A stretch of 62,962 nucleotides of DNA from Desulfobacca sp. GTDB taxonomy: Bacteria > Desulfobacterota > Desulfobaccia > Desulfobaccales > Desulfobaccaceae. The notes below the pieces were generated by a model. The model searched no databases, was not told the origin of the DNA, and saw only the letters and a list, made by a program, of their open reading frames with translations. The stretch lies in assembly GCA_028695935.1 (NCBI GenBank), contig JAQVHY010000001.1, forward strand, positions 1 through 62,962, written 5' to 3'. Positions 54,562 through 62,962 of this stretch are shown here, in pieces. The first letter of the stretch is position 1. Every line of letters starts with the position of its first letter. The position numbers were made by a program, and so were the translations under genes.

Positions 54562-55635
54562 ATGGGTGATAACGGATATCAAGACCGCACCGAACCTGCC
54601 ACCCCTAAACGTCGGCAAAAAGCCCGTTCGGAGGGACAGGTAGCCAAAAGCCGAGAGCTCAACACCGCGATGGTATTACTCACTGGGTTTGGCGCTCTGA
54701 CTATTTGGGGCACCAGCATGTATCAGCAAACGACCAATATGTTCCAGTATTGGTTTACCCAGCTTGGCACCAACCACCTTAATCCTGCTGAAGTGCATAA
54801 GATTTTTGGCCAGATTACCCTGACCAGCGCCTATATGTTAGCTCCGATAATGTTCTCCTTATGCCTGGTGGCCATTTTGAGTAATTATCTCCAAGTAGGG
54901 GCAATGTTTTCCTTAAAGAGTATTAGTTTCAATTTTTCTAAACTTAATCCTTTAAATGGCATAAAACGTCTGTTTTCACCAAACTCTTTGGTAGAATTGT
55001 TTAAATCAGTGATTAAAGTCACTATTATCGGCAGTATCGCCTATATTACTCTTAAAACTGAACTTCTACAGCTATTTCCGTTACTTGATCAAGAAGTAAC
55101 CCAGATATTAAGTTTTATGTTTCGGGTGGCAGGAACACTATTTTGGCGCGTCTGTCTGGGCTTAGTAGTGCTCGCTATATTAGATTATATTTATCAAAAG
55201 TATCAATATGAAAAGAAGCTTCGAATGACCAAACAGGAAGTCAAAGATGAGTTCCGCCAAGCAGAAGGAGACCCCAAGGTAAAATCCAGATTGCGCAGTC
55301 TCATGCGCCAATTAGCCAAGAAAAGGATGATCGCTCAGGTTCCCAACGCTGATGTGGTAATTACCAATCCTACCCATTACGCGGTAGCTCTGCAATACGA
55401 TAGTGAAAAGATGATTGCTCCCCTGGTAGTAGCCAAAGGCCAAGGGTATCTAGCTTTAAAAATTATCGCAATAGCCCAAACTTCGGGAGTGCCTAGAATT
55501 GAAAGACCCGATCTGGCCCGGGCTCTCTATCGGTTAGTAAAGGTCGGAGAATATATCCCCTCCACCTTATATCGCGCCGTAGCCGAGATTTTAGCTCATA
55601 TTTATCGCCTTCGAGCTCGGTCAACGGAGATTTAG
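54562..55635 (+). CDS. flhB: Flagellar export apparatus protein FlhB
   Basis: The N-terminus is QDRTEPATPKRRQKARSEGQVAKSREL. The autocleavage site NPTH is in VVITNPTHYAVAL. Confidence 0.95.
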   Translation: MGDNGYQDRTEPATPKRRQKARSEGQVAKSRELNTAMVLLTGFGALTIWGTSMYQQTTNMFQYWFTQLGTNHLNPAEVHKIFGQITLTSAYMLAPIMFSLCLVAILSNYLQVGAMFSLKSISFNFSKLNPLNGIKRLFSPNSLVELFKSVIKVTIIGSIAYITLKTELLQLFPLLDQEVTQILSFMFRVAGTLFWRVCLGLVVLAILDYIYQKYQYEKKLRMTKQEVKDEFRQAEGDPKVKSRLRSLMRQLAKKRMIAQVPNADVVITNPTHYAVALQYDSEKMIAPLVVAKGQGYLALKIIAIAQTSGVPRIERPDLARALYRLVKVGEYIPSTLYRAVAEILAHIYRLRARSTEI

Positions 55636-55779
55636 AAGGAGCTAAAACCAGTGTTGCAGACCCGCACAAGATTACCAAGCAACTTCTCTCTAAACTTTTG
55701 GAAGAAATTCGAGCAGCGCATAGTCTTTATTAATAGATCAATTAATATCGTTAAAGCTAGGAGAGTTATCTAATAAGCC

Positions 55780-57879
55780 ATGAGTCAATATCTGGAGGCC
55801 ACCATATCCCATAAATTTGGAGTCGATAGAGGCGAACTGATAATTGCCTTGGGAGTGGTATCGACTCTATTAATCATGGTGGTTCCGCTGCCCCGGTTAT
55901 TATTGGATGTCCTATTAAGCTTCAACATAACTTTTTCTTTAATGGTGCTACTGCTTTCTCTTTACACCGTGCGCCCGATCGATTTCTTTATCTTTCCGTC
56001 CATGCTGTTAGTGACCACTCTTTTTCGTCTCTCTCTCAATGTCGCCTCTACCCGATTGATTCTGCTTCATGGCAACGAAGGTTTGGGAGCCGCGGGTAAT
56101 GTCATCCAAGCTTTTGGGAGCTTTGTGGTGGGTGGCAACTTTGTGGTGGGCTGTGTAATCTTCGTCATCCTGGTAATCATCAACTTTGTGGTCATTATCA
56201 AGGGCTCGACTCGAATTGCCGAGGTCGCGGCGCGTTTTGCCCTGGATGCCTTACCAGGCAAACAAATGAGTGTCGATGCCGATCTAAATGCTGGCTATAT
56301 TGATGATAATGAAGCCCGACAACGACGGGACAAACTGGCGCGGGAAGGCGAATTTTACGGGGCCATGGATGGAGCCAGCAAGTTTGTCCGAGGTGAAGCC
56401 ATCGCTGGCATTCTGATCATGCTGACCAATGTGATCGGTGGCTTGGTCATTGGCATGGGACAGTATCACATGCAGTGGGGGGAGGCCGCCCAAACCTTTA
56501 CCATCTTGACAGTGGGCGATGGTCTGATCAGTCAGATTCCCGCTCTGTTTATCTCCACCGCGGCGGGGATTGTCATCAGCAAGGCTGCCTCCGAAACCAG
56601 CTTGGGGCAAGAGTATGCTGCTCAATTTAAGCTTAAACCACAAGTTATGTCTATTGCGGCCGGCATTATCTTTTTGCTCGGTTTGTTGCCCGGTCTTCCT
56701 CACCTGCCCTTCTTTATTCTGGCTTTGGGTACCGCTGGCCTGTCCTATCTGACCAACCAAGCCAAGAAAAAAGAAATTACCCAAAAACAGATGGAAATCC
56801 GTAAGGCCCAGGAGAAACACAAGGGACCTGAACCGGTAGAGAACCTGCTTTCTCTGGACCTGCTAGAGTTAGAAGTGGGTTACGGCCTCATCCCTTTGGT
56901 AGATGAAGAACAAGACGGTGAACTGTTGGAGCGGGTTCGGTCCATCCGGCGTCAATTTGCCTTAGAGATGGGTATCGTCGTCCCACCGTTACATATCAGG
57001 GATAATTTGCAACTCAAGCCGGGGGGTTATGCAGTGCTAATCAAAGGCGTCGAGATCGCCCGGGCCGAACTGATGATCGGTTATTATCTGGCTATAGATC
57101 CTGGCGATAGCCTGCGCAAGATCGACGGTCTGCCTACTAAGGAACCTACTTTTAATTTGCCGGCCTTATGGATTCCGGAATCAAAGAAAGAAGAAGCCCA
57201 ACACTGTGGCTATACCGTGGTAGACCTGGCGAGTGTAATAGCTACCCATCTTTCAGAAATTATTAGACTTCACGCCGATGAACTTTTGGGACGGCAGGAA
57301 GTACAGCGCTTATTAGACCAATTAGCCCGAAATAATCCTAAGGTGGTAGAGGAATTGATCCCTAATTTGCTTTCCTTAGGGGGAGTTCAAAAAGTTTTAC
57401 AGAATCTAGTCCGCGAACGAGTGTCTATCCGCGATTTACTCACCGTTTTGGAGACCTTGGCTGATTATGCACCGTACACCAAAGAACCTGATGTGCTTAC
57501 CGAATATGTGCGTCAGAGATTGGCTCGGGCCTTGATCAAACCATTAGAAAGTTCCGACCGCACCCTGTCCCTATATACACTAGACCCCAGCTTGGAAGAA
57601 CTGCTAAAAAACGGCTTGCAAAAGACCGATTACGGCTCTTATTTAGCCATACCTCCGGAAACCGCCCAACAAGTGGTGGAAGCCTTGCGTCGCGCGGCTG
57701 ACCGCGCCATGGCTTTGAACGTTTCCCCCGTAGTAGTATGCTCGCCGCTCATCAGACGGCATGTCAGACAGCTAGTGGAACGACATCTTCCTAATCTAAC
57801 TGTATTATCTCACCATGAGTTAATCACCGAGGCCAATATCTTATCTTTAGGGGTGGTGAGTTTGGGACATGAAGCTTAA
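55780..57879 (+). CDS. flhA: Flagellar export apparatus protein FlhA
   Basis: The ORF is 699 aa. FPS.LL..TLFRL.LNVASTRLIL, the FHIPEP region GAMDGASKFVRGEAIAGI, and a large cytoplasmic C-terminal domain are present. Confidence 0.95.
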   Translation: MSQYLEATISHKFGVDRGELIIALGVVSTLLIMVVPLPRLLLDVLLSFNITFSLMVLLLSLYTVRPIDFFIFPSMLLVTTLFRLSLNVASTRLILLHGNEGLGAAGNVIQAFGSFVVGGNFVVGCVIFVILVIINFVVIIKGSTRIAEVAARFALDALPGKQMSVDADLNAGYIDDNEARQRRDKLAREGEFYGAMDGASKFVRGEAIAGILIMLTNVIGGLVIGMGQYHMQWGEAAQTFTILTVGDGLISQIPALFISTAAGIVISKAASETSLGQEYAAQFKLKPQVMSIAAGIIFLLGLLPGLPHLPFFILALGTAGLSYLTNQAKKKEITQKQMEIRKAQEKHKGPEPVENLLSLDLLELEVGYGLIPLVDEEQDGELLERVRSIRRQFALEMGIVVPPLHIRDNLQLKPGGYAVLIKGVEIARAELMIGYYLAIDPGDSLRKIDGLPTKEPTFNLPALWIPESKKEEAQHCGYTVVDLASVIATHLSEIIRLHADELLGRQEVQRLLDQLARNNPKVVEELIPNLLSLGGVQKVLQNLVRERVSIRDLLTVLETLADYAPYTKEPDVLTEYVRQRLARALIKPLESSDRTLSLYTLDPSLEELLKNGLQKTDYGSYLAIPPETAQQVVEALRRAADRAMALNVSPVVVCSPLIRRHVRQLVERHLPNLTVLSHHELITEANILSLGVVSLGHEA

Positions 57880-59047
57880 AACCTATGTTGCCAGGAATTT
57901 GAAGGAAGCTTTGGCCCGAGTCAAAGAGGAGTTGGGGCCGGAAGCGGTTATTTTATCAACCCGAAGGCTTTGGCTGAAGCAGGGAGCCTTGAACTTGCAT
58001 CGCCAACCGGGGGTGGAAGTCACCGCGGCCATAGATCCAGCCCCTTGGTCTAATGGTCAACCATTGGGTTCGCCCATCGCGGATCGAGATTTTAGGCCGA
58101 ATCAAGTTCTGTATCGAGATCCTTTAAAACTACCTTCAAATCGTGAAGATCATCCTGGTTGGGGTAGATGGCAAACAGAATTACAGGAACTTAAGGGTTT
58201 GGTCCGCCAATTAATCCGTCATAGCGATCCCCCCACCTGGTTAGCACATCATCGGGAATTGGAGATCTTCTACCGTTTTCTGCTGAAAACCGGAGTTGAC
58301 GATAATTTTCTGAGTAATTGGTTGGAAAACATCAAGCTCGGGTTGGCCCAACCCCTTAATAATGGTCAGAATTGGCGGGAATTAGCTCTGCGGCCATTAA
58401 TGAATGCCTTCGAGGTACTCAACCCCTGGCCAGAGCAACAGGAAGGAGCGCAGATTTGGACCTTTATAGGCCCCACCGGGGTTGGCAAAACTACGACTAT
58501 TGCGAAACTAGCAGCCCATTTCTCCTTAGCCGAGAAAAAAAACGTCGGTTTGATTTCTCTGGATAACTATCGGTTAGGGGCGCAAAGCCAACTTGAAGCC
58601 TATGCTCGGATTATGGGCATGTCGCTGGCCAGCGCCGCTGAACCGCCGGAGCTAATGCAATTAATTGATAAATTTAATGATTGCGACCTGGTTCTGATAG
58701 ATACCGCCGGACGCAGTCCCAACCGACCGGAACTGATCTCAGAATTATACCGCTTGTTTGCAGGTCTGTCCGGGGTACGTCACCATTTGGTGTTAAGTGC
58801 CACCTCAGAAGAAATGGTTCTTTCTAAAACCATAAATATATTCAGTATGTTACCTTTGACCAGTTATGTAGTCACCAAAGTAGACGAAGCCATTAATTTC
58901 TCCGGAGTTTTTAACCTATTGTGTCGTCATCGGACTCCCGTATCTTATCTGACCACGGGGCAGCGAGTTCCTGAGGATCTCGAATTAGCTTCTCGACGAC
59001 GAGTGGCTGAGTTGCTGTTAAATTCTCCGCCTCTGGGTAATGCTTAG
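57869..59047 (+). CDS. flhF: Flagellar biosynthesis GTPase FlhF (SRP-type)
   Basis: The N-terminus MKLKTYVARNLKEALARVKEELGPEAVILS, G1 GPTGVGKTTTIAKLA, then DTAGRS and TKVDE are present. Confidence 0.92.
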   Translation: MKLKTYVARNLKEALARVKEELGPEAVILSTRRLWLKQGALNLHRQPGVEVTAAIDPAPWSNGQPLGSPIADRDFRPNQVLYRDPLKLPSNREDHPGWGRWQTELQELKGLVRQLIRHSDPPTWLAHHRELEIFYRFLLKTGVDDNFLSNWLENIKLGLAQPLNNGQNWRELALRPLMNAFEVLNPWPEQQEGAQIWTFIGPTGVGKTTTIAKLAAHFSLAEKKNVGLISLDNYRLGAQSQLEAYARIMGMSLASAAEPPELMQLIDKFNDCDLVLIDTAGRSPNRPELISELYRLFAGLSGVRHHLVLSATSEEMVLSKTINIFSMLPLTSYVVTKVDEAINFSGVFNLLCRHRTPVSYLTTGQRVPEDLELASRRRVAELLLNSPPLGNA

Positions 59048-59135
59048 ACTTGGCATGGCCATGGAACGAAGATAACCACGGTAAAATTTATGGGCACAGG
59101 GATAGGCCGATATTCTTCTGATTAAGGGGTTCGGA

Positions 59136-60026
59136 ATGGATCAAGCCTTGGGTTTAAAAAGTGTTATTAATTACCAGCAGGGTCTGGCCAGTTCGATGTT
59201 GATGGATTCTGATCTTCGACCACGAGTTATTACCGTGACCAGCGGCAAGGGCGGGGTCGGGAAATCTAACATCGTAGTAAACTTGGGCCTAGCCCTGACC
59301 CGTTTGGGTCAGAAGGTGCTAATCGTGGACGCTGATCTGGGATTAGCTAACATTGATATCCTTTTGGGATTAGCGCCCCGGTTTAATATCAAGGATGTTT
59401 TTTCCGGGGAAAAAAAATTAGCCGAAGTAATAATCGAAGGCCCCGGCGGGATGAAGATTCTGCCAGCCGCTTCGGGTATTCAGGAAATGGCCGAACTGGA
59501 CGGCACCCAAAAATTATTGCTATTAAACGAGCTGGATAACTACTCCGAAAGCCTCGACACGGTTTTGATTGATACTGGGGCGGGAATTTCCAGTAATGTG
59601 ATTTATTTCAATGTTGCCGCTCAGGAACGTATTGTGGTGGCCAATAATGAACCGACCTCAATAACTGATGCTTATGCTCTGATCAAGGTCCTAGTTACCA
59701 AGTATGCCGAAAAACGATTCAAACTCTTGATAAATTGTCTCTCCCAGCCCAAAGAGGCCGAGATGGTCTATCGCAATTTAACCAAGGTTGCGGATCGCTT
59801 TCTGGGAGGTGAGGTTTCTATTGATTACCTCGGTTTCATCCCTCAAGATGAGGCCATTCACAAAGCAATATTGAAACAACAGGCAGTTTTGGAGCTTTTT
59901 CCGCGCTCCTCGGTAAGCCGAAGTTTTACCGAACTAGCCCAGAAACTCATGGAATTAAAGCCCGGGCCGCGGCTTGATGGTAATATAAAATTTTTTTGGC
60001 GACGCCTGGTCAAACTTAAGGTCTAA
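59136..60026 (+). CDS. flhG: MinD/ParA-type flagellar number regulator FlhG (FleN/YlxH)
   Basis: The deviant Walker A is SGKGGVGKSN, followed by DADLGLANID. It lies between flhF and fliA. Confidence 0.9.
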   Translation: MDQALGLKSVINYQQGLASSMLMDSDLRPRVITVTSGKGGVGKSNIVVNLGLALTRLGQKVLIVDADLGLANIDILLGLAPRFNIKDVFSGEKKLAEVIIEGPGGMKILPAASGIQEMAELDGTQKLLLLNELDNYSESLDTVLIDTGAGISSNVIYFNVAAQERIVVANNEPTSITDAYALIKVLVTKYAEKRFKLLINCLSQPKEAEMVYRNLTKVADRFLGGEVSIDYLGFIPQDEAIHKAILKQQAVLELFPRSSVSRSFTELAQKLMELKPGPRLDGNIKFFWRRLVKLKV

Positions 60027-60053
60027 GGGTGCCCTAAGAAGGAGTAAGTGATC

Positions 60054-60839
60054 ATGGAAAAAAATCTCGCCGTTCAAGTGGGTCAACCTCCTCCGCAATA
60101 TAATTGGCCGGAGAAGATTGATCCAGAGTGGCAAGAACGTATGGTGATGCAATATGCACCCCTGATTAAGTATATCGCCAGTCGCATGGCCTTGCGTCTC
60201 CCCCCCCACATATCTATGGATGATTTGATCAGTTCGGGAATGCTGGGGCTCCTCGATGCCATTCAAAAATTTGATCCCCGGAGAAATATCGACTTCAAAA
60301 CTTACGCCGAGTTTAGAATAAAAGGTGCTATTTTAGACGAATTGCGCAGCCTTGATTGGATTCCGCGGTCAGTCCGTAAGAAAACCAGTGTAATCGAAAA
60401 AGCGTATGCCACTCTTCAAAAAGAGTTGGGGCGACCCGCCGAAGCTGAGGAAGTGGCCGGCGCCCTCCAATTAAGTTTAGAAGATTTTTACCGTCTTTTA
60501 GATGAGACCAAGACGGTATCGCTAATCGATATTGATGTCCTCTGGAACAGTGTCCCTGAATTGCCGGAAGATGAATTGTATGAAACGCTTCAAGACGAAA
60601 AGTATCGAGATCCTTTTATTTCGGTCTATTGCGCGGAATTGCGCGAGGCCATTATGAACGCTATCGAATCCCTCCCTGACAAAGAAAAATTATTGATATC
60701 CCTTTATTATTATGAAGAATTAACTATGAAAGAAATTGGTGAAATCATGGGTTATACCGAATCCCGGATTTCCCAAAAACACAGTCAGGCGATCGCTCGG
60801 CTGCGAGGTAAACTTCGTGAATATGCTGAAAAATTATAG
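60054..60839 (+). CDS. fliA: Flagellar sigma factor FliA (sigma-28)
   Basis: Region 2 (DDLISSGMLGLLDAIQKFDP.....F.TYA..RIKGAILDELR..DW.PR) and region 4 (LYYYEELTMKEIGEIMGYTESRISQ.HS.A...LR) are present. ATG at 60054 lies 9 nt after GAAGGAG. Confidence 0.92.
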   Translation: MEKNLAVQVGQPPPQYNWPEKIDPEWQERMVMQYAPLIKYIASRMALRLPPHISMDDLISSGMLGLLDAIQKFDPRRNIDFKTYAEFRIKGAILDELRSLDWIPRSVRKKTSVIEKAYATLQKELGRPAEAEEVAGALQLSLEDFYRLLDETKTVSLIDIDVLWNSVPELPEDELYETLQDEKYRDPFISVYCAELREAIMNAIESLPDKEKLLISLYYYEELTMKEIGEIMGYTESRISQKHSQAIARLRGKLREYAEKL

Positions 60840-61401
60840 ATTCTTATCGGAAAGCCGGATGATCTTGAGATACTATGTTGAGCAAAACTTAGCCTCTAAA
60901 CCTCGCTCACTAATCATTGGACAATTATTATCCATCTGGCTGCAACGACGAAATCCGGGATTTAGCTTGACACTGGTTGGTTTATTCGTGGCCTTGGCCT
61001 TAACTGTCCCTGCCGCGGTGACTGCTGCTCCGGAACCAACTCTACCTCCTGCTCCGTTGATGAAGATGGAGGTAGTTTGTCAACCACAAACTACGTCTTC
61101 AAACCTTTGCTTTGCCTTAGAGCCATTCTACCTTCTACAATCTCATGATTCACAGTTAAAACTCCACACGGTCTTAATAACCCTCGAGCTCAACCAACCC
61201 GATAAATTAAAGTATTTAGATAATCACCGACTTGAACTCCGACAAGAGATTTTTAAGTGTTTGGTTTCCGAAGAAAATAAAGTCAGTAACCCTATGGAGC
61301 AGCCCTCCGAAACTTACTTATCGCAGCGGTTAAACCAGTTTTTCAACACAGCCTTGATTACGTCGGTCAAAATAAAATGTAATTCCCTTAAATTACCTTA
61401 G
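60823..61401 (+). CDS. Membrane-anchored protein with FliL-like C-terminal pattern (start uncertain)
   Basis: There is a TM/signal segment LTLVGLFVALALTVPAAVTAA. The segment FYLLQSHDSQLKLHTVLITLELNQPDKLKYLDNHRLELRQEIFKCL parallels FliL RYLKVKIDLEV...LPKIRDAIILLL. Candidate starts are 60823 (overlaps fliA by 17 nt) or 60859. Confidence 0.5.
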   Translation: MLKNYRFLSESRMILRYYVEQNLASKPRSLIIGQLLSIWLQRRNPGFSLTLVGLFVALALTVPAAVTAAPEPTLPPAPLMKMEVVCQPQTTSSNLCFALEPFYLLQSHDSQLKLHTVLITLELNQPDKLKYLDNHRLELRQEIFKCLVSEENKVSNPMEQPSETYLSQRLNQFFNTALITSVKIKCNSLKLP

Positions 61402-61417
61402 AAATAGCTATGATCCC

Positions 61418-61639
61418 ATGGATAGCCTGGATTCCGGCAATACCAAGTTGATCACTCTTTTCCCGACCGAAAAAGTTCTTTCTAGCGAAAAGATCAGGGA
61501 AACGAGGCCAAGTGGTGAGGAAGACAGAGAAACGTCATCCTCACCCAAGAAACTTCAAAAACATCCTCCAAAGACCAAAAAAGCTGCGGAAAATGGCAAA
61601 ACCGAAAATAATGATCACATCATTGATATCTTGGTTTGA
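61418..61639 (+). CDS. Small hydrophilic low-complexity protein (73 aa), unknown
   Basis: It is an ORF on the same strand within the flagellar string. It is rich in K/E/S/T, and no motif was recognised. Confidence 0.35.
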   Translation: MDSLDSGNTKLITLFPTEKVLSSEKIRETRPSGEEDRETSSSPKKLQKHPPKTKKAAENGKTENNDHIIDILV

Positions 61640-61649
61640 ACTGGTCTAA

Positions 61650-62126
61650 ATGATTATGGCTATAACTAATATCGAATACTGGATTTTTGCCCAGTTAGGC
61701 GTGGAAGCCCTATTAGTTGGGGCCCTAGTCTATTTTCTTCTTAAGATCAAAAAGCTTGGCAAGACTAGCTTAAATTCTGAGGCACTGCAAAATTTGCTTG
61801 CCGAAACCCAGCAGCTCAAGGATCAGCTATTAGGAAATCTTAACCGCGAAAAAGACCTTATCCACAATTCCATTAAACAACTTGACCTCCGGCTCAACGC
61901 TGCCCGAGAATTACTCCAAACTTTGGAAAAACGGACTGCCTCAAGATCTAGTTCCAGTACCTTACCTGATAATGCCAAAACTCCGCCATCCGCCGGCTCG
62001 ATCCTGGACAGGTTGGAGTTTTTGCATCAGCAAGGCTACTCAGTGGAGGAAATTGCCCAACAGCTCCAAATGAGCAAAGGTGAAGTCTTGGTAGGATTAG
62101 ACCTGTCCCGGGCTAAGGCTAAGTAG
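61650..62126 (+). CDS. Membrane protein with C-terminal HTH-like segment (DUF2802-like, flagellar-cluster associated)
   Basis: An N-terminal TM segment (YWIFAQLGVEALLVGALVYFLL) and a coiled-coil are present. The C-terminus ILDRLEFLHQQGYSVEEIAQQLQMSKGEVLVGLDLSR resembles the DUF2802 pattern I recall next to flagellar/chemotaxis genes. Confidence 0.5.
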   Translation: MIMAITNIEYWIFAQLGVEALLVGALVYFLLKIKKLGKTSLNSEALQNLLAETQQLKDQLLGNLNREKDLIHNSIKQLDLRLNAARELLQTLEKRTASRSSSSTLPDNAKTPPSAGSILDRLEFLHQQGYSVEEIAQQLQMSKGEVLVGLDLSRAKAK

Positions 62127-62372
62127 CGGAAGGACAATGCACGCTGGTCAGCCGCTAGGACAACTGACCACCGCTTTGATTTAGGGAGCAAACGGAAAAA
62201 CCGGAGAACCCAAAAAATTTTTTTCTACCCCCGCCAATAATCTGAAAAAATCTTGCCTTCACTTTTCAAGATTATTAAGATAGGGCTAATTTAAGCCCTT
62301 ATCGTAACCTTGCTTTCATACCCTTTAACTCCCTTAATTTTCAGCATAACCAATTAGCAAGGATAACCTGCT

Positions 62373-62962
62373 ATGCCCATAGAAAGACTAAAAAAACGGA
62401 TTCTCGCCGCTCGCGGCACTATTCCCCCTGACCTGGTGTTAACCGGAGGTCAAGTAGTAAACGTGTTCACCGGCAGCTTGCTGAAAACCGATGTCGCATT
62501 ATTTGACGGAGTCATCGTCGGGTTGGGCAATTATCAGGGTCCCAGCCTGGAGGTTACCGGTCAATTTATCGCTCCCGGTTTAATCGATGGTCATATTCAT
62601 CTGGAAAGCACTATGCTTACGCCCGCGGCGTTCGCCGGCGCGGCCCTGCCTCGGGGGACCACTGCCATAGTAGCTGATCCTCATGAAATTGCCAATGTCA
62701 TGGGAACCAAAGGTTTGGATTATATGCTGACAGCCAGCGAGGGGCTGCCTTTAGATCTCTTCCTGATGCTGCCTTCCTGTGTCCCGGCTTCGCACCTGGG
62801 GACTTCGGGGGCCAGCTTAGGGCTGGCAGCATTGCAGGCGTATCGCCACCATCCCCGAGTCCTCGGACTGGCGGAAATGATGAATTTCCCTGGGGTGGTT
62901 AACGCGGTCCCGGAAGTTTTAGAAAAAGTCGCTCTGTTTGCCGACGGTCTGGTAGATGGACA
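62373..62962 (+). CDS. ade: Adenine deaminase, N-terminal part (ORF runs off the window end)
   Basis: ATG at 62373. The sequence LVLTGGQVVNVFTG......DVALFDGVIVGLG.........VTGQFIAPGLIDGHIHLESTML.P..FA.AALPRGTTAIVADPHEIANV is the canonical Ade amidohydrolase N-terminus. There is no stop before 62962. Confidence 0.88.
   Translation, partial: MPIERLKKRILAARGTIPPDLVLTGGQVVNVFTGSLLKTDVALFDGVIVGLGNYQGPSLEVTGQFIAPGLIDGHIHLESTMLTPAAFAGAALPRGTTAIVADPHEIANVMGTKGLDYMLTASEGLPLDLFLMLPSCVPASHLGTSGASLGLAALQAYRHHPRVLGLAEMMNFPGVVNAVPEVLEKVALFADGLVDG

Noticed and set aside
59085-59114. GCCGATAT upstream of flhG as a sigma-28 (FliA) -10 element
   Set aside because: The nearest TAAA lies 20 nt upstream rather than the ~15 nt of the TAAA-N15-GCCGATAA consensus. 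A single half-site is not sufficient.
60736-60822. Upstream extension of the post-fliA ORF (track start 60736)
   Set aside because: It would overlap 104 nt of the well-supported fliA region 4 coding sequence in another frame. Internal ATGs at 60823 or 60859 are more plausible.

Overview
This 62,962-bp window looks like chromosome from a motile, Gram-negative anaerobe. The gene content resembles Desulfobacterota, but that is inference from content only. Gene order, left to right:
- 1-5.2 kb: tRNA-Ala(CGC), then a redox/oxidative-stress group (nitroreductase, signal-peptide Fe/Mn superoxide dismutase, Isf-like flavoprotein, hotdog thioesterase).
- 6.3-13 kb: rpoZ, an Obg/DRG-type GTPase, and a minus-strand housekeeping string yjbQ, phoH, 7TM-HD (PgpH-like), ybeY, pdxJ.
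- 15.8-21.6 kb: a CHASE2 adenylate/guanylate cyclase convergent with a 1208-aa FecR-TPR-beta-barrel outer-membrane protein.
- 22.0-26.8 kb: a sigma-54-driven six-gene operon with two oversized, divergent family III (CaiB/BaiF) CoA-transferase paralogs and four small Cys/Trp-rich proteins I cannot assign. This is the best candidate for an undescribed system.
- 27-36.6 kb: MBL-TPR fusion, PHP phosphoesterase, AMP-forming acyl-CoA synthetase, a sigma-54-driven porin, and indolepyruvate:ferredoxin oxidoreductase iorAB.
- 36.9-49.6 kb: alpha/beta hydrolase, a GcvH-like protein without the lipoyl lysine, system II cytochrome c biogenesis (resB/ccsA), mgtC, ldcA, a GT39 glycosyltransferase, a carbonic anhydrase / B12-radical-SAM / receiver-domain unit, DUF721, an aminotransferase and a metallophosphoesterase.
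- 50.2-62.1 kb: a visibly AT-richer flagellar export and regulation cluster (fliLMNOPQR, flhBAFG, fliA plus three accessory ORFs) behind a near-consensus sigma-54 promoter.
- 62.4 kb to the end: the 5' part of adenine deaminase.

Intergenic DNA carries at least four small repeat families: a heptamer-array element, a double-hairpin element, a G/C-run element and a 26-nt palindrome pair. One 64-codon zinc-ribbon ORF has an in-frame TGA. All product calls come from motif recognition by eye; no database search was run.
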